Of a stretch of 20,503 nt of DNA, positions 13,425-20,503 are shown piece by piece (position 1 is the stretch's first letter; every line of letters starts with the position of its first letter). Below the pieces are notes generated by a model. That model saw nothing but the letters and a program-made list of their open reading frames with translations. It did not search any database and was not told the DNA's origin. Position numbers and translations under genes: made by a program. Origin of the DNA: Candidatus Aenigmatarchaeota archaeon (GTDB lineage Archaea > Aenigmatarchaeota > Aenigmatarchaeia > Aenigmatarchaeales > JACQIB01); the NCBI GenBank assembly GCA_043799675.1, contig JAZDNN010000015.1:1-20503 (forward strand). The letters are read 5' to 3'.

Positions 13425-13474
13425 TACCCCTACATATTTATAAAACTATCGTTTTTCATCAAATTGTAGGGGTA
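13425..13474. promoter_or_regulatory. Perfect 10-bp inverted repeat flanking the fic TATA box (putative operator)
   Basis: TACCCCTACA (13425-13434), 30-bp spacer containing TTTATAAA (13437-13444), TGTAGGGGTA (13465-13474). Confidence 0.65.
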
Positions 13475-13518
13475 TGTTTCCCGCTTCCCTGCCCCGCAGC
13501 TCCCGTTAATCTGACAAA

Positions 13519-16500
13519 TCAAGCCATCGTAGCTATGAACGTCACCGTGCTCGTCTTCGCACCCGAGGGCTCGCTGTTCGGGACCGCGATCGCTATCTCG
13601 GTCTCAATCTGGTCGGTCGCGTTCAACCAGTCGAGGAAGCAGATGAACTGTGGAGGTGTTCCGCCCGAGACAGGCATGTAGAACCAGCTTGTGTTGGTGC
13701 AGAGGGTGTTGTAGGTCGTGCCTTCGGTGCTGGTGTTCGCCGCGGCCCTGTAAGCTGAGCTTGGGTTGGGGCTGATTGTGAACATGTTGGTGGCATTGAT
13801 GGTTATGTTCGCCTTGATATTGCCGTCGTTCCTTATCTCGAACGGCAGGGGTTTGTCATCCGCAGTGTCATTGACGGTACCGGTTGACATGTTGCCGAAG
13901 GCGACCGTGTCCGTTGTGAGTGTTATCAGGATGCTGGACTGTACAGTGAACGTGCTGACGCTTGTCGCGTTCTTCCCTCCGTCCGAATTATTCGCATGTA
14001 TTTTCCAGCCGACCACGGTGTTTCCGGCCACGGAATCGTTGAACCAAGTGATGTTGGACCAGGTTCCCGCACCGAATGCTGTAGCCGTCTGGTTCCTCCA
14101 AGTACCGGATTCGTTGGTCTCAAGCCAGTAGTAGTTCAGGCTTGTGGCGTTGGTGCTCCAGTTGGCATACAGCTTGACTCCTGACCAAGCCGACGGTGTC
14201 GTGGTGTTTGAACCGGCAAGGTCCGAGAAAATGTAAGTAGCCGCCTGGCTCTGCACTATGCTCACCGTCGGCTCCGGATAGATGTACTTGCGGACGCGGA
14301 AATCGTCCCACCACGTCTGGCCGGCGTTGCTGCCCCACAATCCCGCCTTCGTGCTTGTCGTGAGGTTCGAATTATAGCCCGTCATGGACGTCCCGTTGAC
14401 GTTGAGCGTGAAGTTGCTTCCCGACACCGAGAGCCCCTCATAATAGTAGTTGTTCGCACCCAGCGTCTTGGCTGTCGATACGTTGTATGCTCCCGATACG
14501 GAGTTCAGCGTACCGAAGATGCCGATTATGTCTCCGGGGTAGTTCAGGTATGACGCGAAGAAATTGCTCTGGTTGGCATACCTGAAGTTGTATCCCGCCT
14601 GGCCGCTGTCCGCAGTCCGCCCGACGGTGCCTTCAATCGTATAGTTGTCAGATATCCCTATGTTGGCGTAGAGCGTGTCATTTACGCCGCTGCTCGTAAG
14701 CTTCCCCCTGTATGAGCCGCCCGTAAGTTCGATGGTCCATGAGCCGTTCCCGGCGGTCCATTTGCTATTATCCACAGTAAGGTTACCGTTCTTGGTTATT
14801 CCGACCTGCCTGCCTCCGTGCGTCTGGTTCGGGCCGCCGTCATAGAGCAGCGTCAGGACGCCGTTCTCATATATCAAACCGGCAACTCCTATTGAACCGG
14901 AATCCCAACCGGAAGTTGATCTGTTTATTATGCTACCCTGATACGTCCATGAACTCAGGTCCGCGCTGGCGTTCCTGTAAAGGAAATTCGCATCCGTATG
15001 TTCTCCCGTATAATTGATATGGTTCGTTACCATGTAATAATTATTGTCAATTGCCTTGATTATCTTGGGATTTTCCTCCCATGTCAGGGTTCCGGATGCC
15101 AGGCCGGCATACGTCCAGTGGAAAAGGTCCGTTGATTTGAAATACACTATCCTGACTATGGTCGGGTCGGAGCCGCCACAAAACAAAAGCCACTGGGATG
15201 AATTGGACGGGTCGCGCAGCAGTTCGTCGCATATGACGTGATAGGAATATGGCGTTCCCGCCGTGGGCACTATGACGGGGTTTCCGGCATACTGGACCCA
15301 TGAAGAAATGTTGGAGACGTTGGTCGTGGTTGCCATTTCCACCCAATATGCCGGCTTGGGTGCATTGTAAGTCGCGGCATCGGTCGTGGTGTTGGAACCC
15401 ATGTAGTACATGTAGTAAGTGCCGTTATACTTGAACACGTACGCCGAACTTCTGGTCAGACTGTTCCACGGAGCGCTCGAGAAGTTCTGTGTAACCAATC
15501 CCATTCTCGTCCAGTTATACAGGTCGGTGGAAGTCGCCATCGATTCGTACCACTCGTCGCCGGACACGGTTCCCTCCGAAGTGTAGAACATGGTGTAGGT
15601 GCCGTTTTCCTGGAACGTCTTCTCGTAGGTGACGTTGTCAATTATCTGCAATATGTCGACTTCCCGTATGCCGCGGTTGTCATACGGGGCGCCCGGGTAA
15701 GTGATGTTCATCACCGGGTTACTTGCATATCTGCTGAAATGCGTGACGTTCAATGATGTATCGGACGCCCCTTGGAAATCGTCAAAGAAGATGAAGGTCG
15801 CATTCCCGCTGCTCACGTTTTCCGCAAGCATGTTGCCGTAATACATGGTTATGTATGTGGTCGTGTTCGCCCAGATGAGCGGGACCTTGACAACGAAGGT
15901 CGTCGTCGGGGAATTGCATGTGCCGCTCCACAGCCAGTGAGACAGCAGGCCGTAGGTGCTGTTCACGAACCTTGCATCAAGGCAGCTCGTATTCATCTGC
16001 CCCGCGGATATCAGCGTCGCCGTATCGATGCTCACGTTGACCTGGTAATCAGTGAGATTCACCGGGAGACTGTTTGAAATGGATATGTTTTTCTGGTAGG
16101 TATAATTGCTGTTCCACCAGCTTGTCACGGTGACCTGCCTTTCCGATGAGTACACAGAATCAGTTGAGTTGTATGCCCTGCATCTGATGTTATAGGTGTT
16201 CAGGTCGTGCGCGGTGACGGTCTCGCTCCGCTGGGTGTTGTTCAGGACGTTCGTTTCGGGGTTCGTCACGAGGGTGATGTTCCATGTCCCCGAGGTCGGG
16301 ATCGCGGTCCAGCCGAAGGTCGAAGAGTTGTATTCGTATGATATGTTATTCCCGGTCGAGGCCCCATTCGTTATTGCGGTGCATGCAATCGTGAATGTGC
16401 TGCCGGGGTACGTGATGGTATCCGTCGCTGGTTGGTCAAGGCTGACCGAATAGACCGTTGGCGACCCTATGTAAAAGACGGCCCCTGTCTCCGTGTCATT

Positions 16501-19500
16501 CGCCGTGCCACCGCTGTAGGAGGTCGCGTTGGCCAAAACGAACAGGTTCTTTGCGCCGCTGAGCCCGACGGGCACGGTGCAGGCAACACTCCATGTTCCT
16601 GTAGCTGAATCATACGTTGCATATGTTCCCTCCTCCGCGCCCGTTGTACTGGCGGGCTCTGTCCCGTACCATTTGCGCACAAAAATCCAGTCGGTTGTCA
16701 TGTTGCCGCTGCCCCACGAACTTGGGTCGCCTACTGACTGATAATACCGGAGCCCTGTACTGTTTATGTTTTCAGCGAATACGGTTGAAAAGATGCTATA
16801 GGTATCGTTATAGAAATACCATGTTATGTTGGTTGCATTGATTTTTTGCACTTCATGCGTCCATAACCCCGAAGGCATATAATAACCGGTTCCCGCACCG
16901 CCGACAAATATTTGCCGATTATCGAACACGCCGTAGTCGGTCGGGACATCCGCGCCATGCGCCTTGGACCTGATTCTCATGTCCGGAATGATACCGGTAA
17001 ACATTACCCTCCGTTCTATGCTTATGTTCGGTGCGAACGTTTTTGTGCTATTAATCTGATGGAACGCTCCGCCCGCCGAATATTGATTAAGCAGGCCGTC
17101 TGATACCGTTGCAACAGAGGTATTGTTTGAAATAACCACCCATTTGGCATGGTCAATGCCACCAGTGGTATTGTAAAGACTGTTATTGTAAGAACCGCCG
17201 TCATAAATCTGTGGGTTGTCCAGGATGTATCTTAGAGTTCCCATGGGTGATTCCAGGTTGGTATCGAATCCCTGGCTGCCGTTCTTTGCCCAGTATTCCA
17301 CGTCGGGGTTCGTGCTGTTCGAGAGCTGGAGCGTCAGGTTGTATGCAAGGCTCGCGTTCTTGACGGCCAGTGTGGTCAGTATCCAGTCGTTGCCGAAGCT
17401 CCAGTAACCGTCGTCGTAGGTCGAAAAGAGTGGCGTGGACCAGTTGTTCGGGGTCTGCAGCACGAACCCTTTGTAGGTTATGGAATTGAAATTATTCGCG
17501 AGGTAATCCTCGATGTATGACGCCTGCGACGCGTTCGCGACGCCGAGATGGACAGCAAAGGCGCTTCCCACGATGTCCGTCAGGTTGTTCGCGCCGTCCG
17601 CCGCGTGGAACATGTTGTCCGTGTCGTTCCACAGCCTGGATATGTTGCCCCTCACGTTGTTTGCCGCGTTCGTGAAGTAGGTATAGTTTTGACTGTCCCC
17701 GCTTATGTTCAGCAGATAGGCCATGTCAACCGAGGCCTTGTAATACATCAGGGACCCCAGCAGGTTGTTCCCTGTGTTCAGTACACCGTCCCTGAAACCG
17801 AACGGCACCCAGGGGCTGGCTGGGGCCACATAGACCAGGCCGGTCGTCGAGTTCATCTGGACCGTCTTGAGGGCGTTTATCAGCTTGACCCTGTAGCCGG
17901 TGTTGAACACGCTTATGTCCCCTGTCTTGTTGTAATACAATCTCGCCAATTGCGGCATCAGGAATTGCGCATCGCCCCCTGCATGGAGATGCCAAGAATC
18001 GTATCCCGAATAGTAACTGGCGGCGGCACCGTTCGTGGCCAAGGATATCGGCATTTCCCCGCCAGCATTTGCGGCATTCATAAATTTGCTGATAGTATTG
18101 TTAACATGAGAAGCATTGAAATATTCGGGATAGCCGATCATAGTCAGACCGATGTCCGCGGCGTATGCGAAAACGTAGCCCGGTGCAGCCTGCCAGTAAT
18201 CCGTCCCGTCCGTAAAAGTGGTGTGGTCTAATGAAATCACGTTGTCCGCAGCCGCCCTTACGTTGTTGTAAATGGTCTGGTTTTCGCTGTAAATAAAACT
18301 GTTGAAATCATCAAACAGTATGAAAGTATCGTTGCCGCTGCTTCCGTATGCATGGCTCATGTTTCCGTAATACATCACTAGGTTTTCGGTCCCTGCCGCG
18401 GGGATGTTCGGCACTTCGACCCATATCCTGGTGCCGGTCGTGTTACAGCCGGACTCTATCCAATGATCGATCTCCGCGTTTGACGAGTTGAAAAATCTTA
18501 TATCACCGCAATCGGAGCGCATCTTTCCCGCCGCGATGAGGGCAGAAGTGTTGACTGTAATATTGACCTGATAGTTCGTCAGTGCGAAGCCCAAGCTGTT
18601 TGTGATGGTCGTTCTTTGCAGATAGGTACCTCCGCTGCCGGAGCTCTGCAGCTGGCAGGTCTGCCCGCCGACCGTAATGTTGGTCACGCTGACGCCGCTC
18701 GTGACATTTGTCCCGTCCCTCGTGAAGGTGTAGTTGACGGTGATGTTCTGCCCGTCCGTAACCGAAACGGGATTCCCCTGGGTCGGATACGTGATGTTCA
18801 GTGTAAATGTATGGGGGTTTACAACGACCTGCCTTGTTAAGGAGTAGACCGATGTCGTCGAGCTGTTTGCATTGCAGCGGATGTTGTAAGTGTTCGCCGT
18901 CCTCGTCGTGACCGTTTCGTTCTGCTGGCTGTTGTTCTGGACGTCCGTTTCGGGGTTCGTCACGACGGTGAGATTTGCGGTTCCCGAGGTCGGAATCTTG
19001 GTCCAACCGAAGGTCGACGAGTTGTATTCGTATGTGATGTTGACTCCGGCCGCTGCGCCGCTGGTATTTGCCGTGCATGCCATCGTGAACGTGCTGTCGA
19101 CATACGTGTTCAAATTCGTCGTAGGCTGGTCAAGACTGACCGAATAGGCCTCCACTCCCTTGACCGTGACCTGCTGGGTCGCGGAGTAAACGGATGCCGA
19201 CGAGTTGTACAGCTTGCACCTGACGTTGTACGTACCCTGCAAATTTCCGGTGACATTTTCGGATTTCATGATTCCGTTCAGGACGTCGGCCTTGGGGTTC
19301 GCCGATATGGTGATGTTCTGCCCGCCGGCCGTTTCAATCGCCTTCCATGCCATCGTTGACGAGTTGTATTCATATGAAATGTTGACTCCTATGGTGGCCC
19401 CACCGGTGGTCGGGGTGCAGTTCATGCTGAACGTCTGGCTTCCGAATATGCTGGGGTCGGAAGTGGGGGCGTTCAGGGCGACCGAAATCACGTTCGGAGT

Positions 19501-20503
19501 TCCGGCGCCGGGGTAAACGACCGCTCCTGTTTCCGTGTCGTTGGCAGTGCCGCCGGCGTAGGAGGTCGCGTTGGCGGAAACGAACAGGTTCTGGGCGCCG
19601 CTGAGCCCGACTGGCACGGTACAGTTCGCGCTCCATATTCCGGTCGCAGTATCATACCACTGGCTAGAGCTCTGGTAGGTGCTGCTGTTCTCTTCTGCCC
19701 TCTGGGTCGGAACGGGTTCCTTGGCGCTGTTATACCATTTGCGGATGAAAATCCAGTCGGTGGTTATATTGCCGGACATGGTGCCGTCAGGGTCCCCGAC
19801 CGACTGGTTGTAATGCGTTCCTGCGGCGGGCGTGTAGGCACCGGTGTTCGGATAAGGTGCGGCAGAGGTGTTCACGAACGTGATGAAGGTCAGGGTTGTC
19901 GAGTTTATCCGTACCGATACTTGACGATTCCATGTGGATACGCGCACATATTTTAACATAAAGGTGTTGAAGTATACCTGGAAGTCGCTCACGGCCGTAC
20001 TGAATAATCCGTATTCAAACTGCCCGTCAGCAAGACCCTTGAACCTGTCCCTGGGAGCGGTTGCTCCGGTATCCTTGAACATGTACATCCCTTCCACGCT
20101 GACGTTTGTGGTGTAGGTGGTCTTGCTGCTGATCACATGGTGCGAACCGTACTGCCTGAGCAGGCCGTTCGATACCGTCACGATAGGGCTGCCGAACGTG
20201 CTGGTATCCCATTTGGTCGAATTGATGGCGTTCGACGGGTTGCTGAAATCATCAAAGAAGATGAACGTATCGTCACCGCTGCTCCTGTTCATCGCGGCCG
20301 GATTGCCGTAATACATGGATATGTTCGCGCCGGCCGCGGGGATGTTCGGGACCTTTACCCATATCAGCGTTCCGTTCACGTTGTTGCAACCGGTCTCTAT
20401 CCAGTACGGTATCTCGTCGCCCGTGGAATTGGCGAACCTCACGTCCCCGCAGTCGGAACGCATCTTTCCGGCCGCAATGAGCGCGGACGTGTTAAAGGTC
20501 AGG
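13519..20503 (-). CDS. Giant modular surface glycoprotein (5' part outside window): at least 3 DUF2341-like modules, Ig-like repeats, six-hairpin glycosidase-like and five-bladed beta-propeller glycosidase-like domains
   Basis: Frame is open to the window edge (LTFNTSALIAAGK-MRSDC). Repeated MRSDCGDxRF..W+E..C...WV+VP.IP..MYYGN..G..TF.FFDDF. Three VSLxxP..YEYNSSTxxW..YNxRC repeats. Many N-x-S/T sequons. Confidence 0.85.
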   Translation of the reverse strand, partial: LTFNTSALIAAGKMRSDCGDVRFANSTGDEIPYWIETGCNNVNGTLIWVKVPNIPAAGANISMYYGNPAAMNRSSGDDTFIFFDDFSNPSNAINSTKWDTSTFGSPIVTVSNGLLRQYGSHHVISSKTTYTTNVSVEGMYMFKDTGATAPRDRFKGLADGQFEYGLFSTAVSDFQVYFNTFMLKYVRVSTWNRQVSVRINSTTLTFITFVNTSAAPYPNTGAYTPAAGTHYNQSVGDPDGTMSGNITTDWIFIRKWYNSAKEPVPTQRAEENSSTYQSSSQWYDTATGIWSANCTVPVGLSGAQNLFVSANATSYAGGTANDTETGAVVYPGAGTPNVISVALNAPTSDPSIFGSQTFSMNCTPTTGGATIGVNISYEYNSSTMAWKAIETAGGQNITISANPKADVLNGIMKSENVTGNLQGTYNVRCKLYNSSASVYSATQQVTVKGVEAYSVSLDQPTTNLNTYVDSTFTMACTANTSGAAAGVNITYEYNSSTFGWTKIPTSGTANLTVVTNPETDVQNNSQQNETVTTRTANTYNIRCNANSSTTSVYSLTRQVVVNPHTFTLNITYPTQGNPVSVTDGQNITVNYTFTRDGTNVTSGVSVTNITVGGQTCQLQSSGSGGTYLQRTTITNSLGFALTNYQVNITVNTSALIAAGKMRSDCGDIRFFNSSNAEIDHWIESGCNTTGTRIWVEVPNIPAAGTENLVMYYGNMSHAYGSSGNDTFILFDDFNSFIYSENQTIYNNVRAAADNVISLDHTTFTDGTDYWQAAPGYVFAYAADIGLTMIGYPEYFNASHVNNTISKFMNAANAGGEMPISLATNGAAASYYSGYDSWHLHAGGDAQFLMPQLARLYYNKTGDISVFNTGYRVKLINALKTVQMNSTTGLVYVAPASPWVPFGFRDGVLNTGNNLLGSLMYYKASVDMAYLLNISGDSQNYTYFTNAANNVRGNISRLWNDTDNMFHAADGANNLTDIVGSAFAVHLGVANASQASYIEDYLANNFNSITYKGFVLQTPNNWSTPLFSTYDDGYWSFGNDWILTTLAVKNASLAYNLTLQLSNSTNPDVEYWAKNGSQGFDTNLESPMGTLRYILDNPQIYDGGSYNNSLYNTTGGIDHAKWVVISNNTSVATVSDGLLNQYSAGGAFHQINSTKTFAPNISIERRVMFTGIIPDMRIRSKAHGADVPTDYGVFDNRQIFVGGAGTGYYMPSGLWTHEVQKINATNITWYFYNDTYSIFSTVFAENINSTGLRYYQSVGDPSSWGSGNMTTDWIFVRKWYGTEPASTTGAEEGTYATYDSATGTWSVACTVPVGLSGAKNLFVLANATSYSGGTANDTETGAVFYIGSPTVYSVSLDQPATDTITYPGSTFTIACTAITNGASTGNNISYEYNSSTFGWTAIPTSGTWNITLVTNPETNVLNNTQRSETVTAHDLNTYNIRCRAYNSTDSVYSSERQVTVTSWWNSNYTYQKNISISNSLPVNLTDYQVNVSIDTATLISAGQMNTSCLDARFVNSTYGLLSHWLWSGTCNSPTTTFVVKVPLIWANTTTYITMYYGNMLAENVSSGNATFIFFDDFQGASDTSLNVTHFSRYASNPVMNITYPGAPYDNRGIREVDILQIIDNVTYEKTFQENGTYTMFYTSEGTVSGDEWYESMATSTDLYNWTRMGLVTQNFSSAPWNSLTRSSAYVFKYNGTYYMYYMGSNTTTDAATYNAPKPAYWVEMATTTNVSNISSWVQYAGNPVIVPTAGTPYSYHVICDELLRDPSNSSQWLLFCGGSDPTIVRIVYFKSTDLFHWTYAGLASGTLTWEENPKIIKAIDNNYYMVTNHINYTGEHTDANFLYRNASADLSSWTYQGSIINRSTSGWDSGSIGVAGLIYENGVLTLLYDGGPNQTHGGRQVGITKNGNLTVDNSKWTAGNGSWTIELTGGSYRGKLTSSGVNDTLYANIGISDNYTIEGTVGRTADSGQAGYNFRYANQSNFFASYLNYPGDIIGIFGTLNSVSGAYNVSTAKTLGANNYYYEGLSVSGSNFTLNVNGTSMTGYNSNLTTSTKAGLWGSNAGQTWWDDFRVRKYIYPEPTVSIVQSQAATYIFSDLAGSNTTTPSAWSGVKLYANWSTNATSLNYYWLETNESGTWRNQTATAFGAGTWSNITWFNDSVAGNTVVGWKIHANNSDGGKNATSVSTFTVQSSILITLTTDTVAFGNMSTGTVNDTADDKPLPFEIRNDGNIKANITINATNMFTISPNPSSAYRAAANTSTEGTTYNTLCTNTSWFYMPVSGGTPPQFICFLDWLNATDQIETEIAIAVPNSEPSGAKTSTVTFIATMA

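Noticed and set aside
13500..13518. Shortened repeat-like motifs ctcccg-ttaatct-gacaaa (also ctgccg-taaggct-gacaaaaa at 164-184) and tatcgctccc at 12453
   Set aside because: Similar position after stop codons, but spacer length and right arm deviate, so they were not counted as copies without a statistical model.

Overview
Archaeal genomic window, probably from a DPANN-type lineage (inferred from gene content, not proven). Its core is the conserved cbf5 - tRNA-Ser - S13 - S4 - S11 - rpoD - tRNA-Leu - L18e - L13 - S9 - rpoN cluster on the minus strand. The cluster is split into several TATA-led units and interrupted by accessory genes. Tyw1 and tRNA-Pro lie on the plus strand. A Fic gene and the 3' ~7 kb of a giant modular DUF2341/glycosidase surface protein fill the right end. 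Highlights: (1) all three tRNA genes (Pro-GGG, Leu-TAA, Ser-TGA) carry three bulge-helix-bulge (BHB) type introns each, nine in total, with exons as short as 7 nt; (2) an unannotated ~30-38 bp semi-palindromic repeat, C(C/T)CCG-N12/13-GACG(G/A)G-N-AAAA, occurs 8 times at 5 loci, always in one orientation, at stop codons and usually ~35-40 bp upstream of the next TATA box; (3) three architecturally different free-standing LAGLIDADG genes sit between housekeeping genes; (4) the surface protein carries two unrelated glycosidase folds inserted at the same position of its repeated module; (5) a perfect 10-bp inverted repeat brackets the fic TATA box. Two small genes absent from the ORF track (DUF5679-like, Trm112) were found by manual translation, and several start codons were reassigned.
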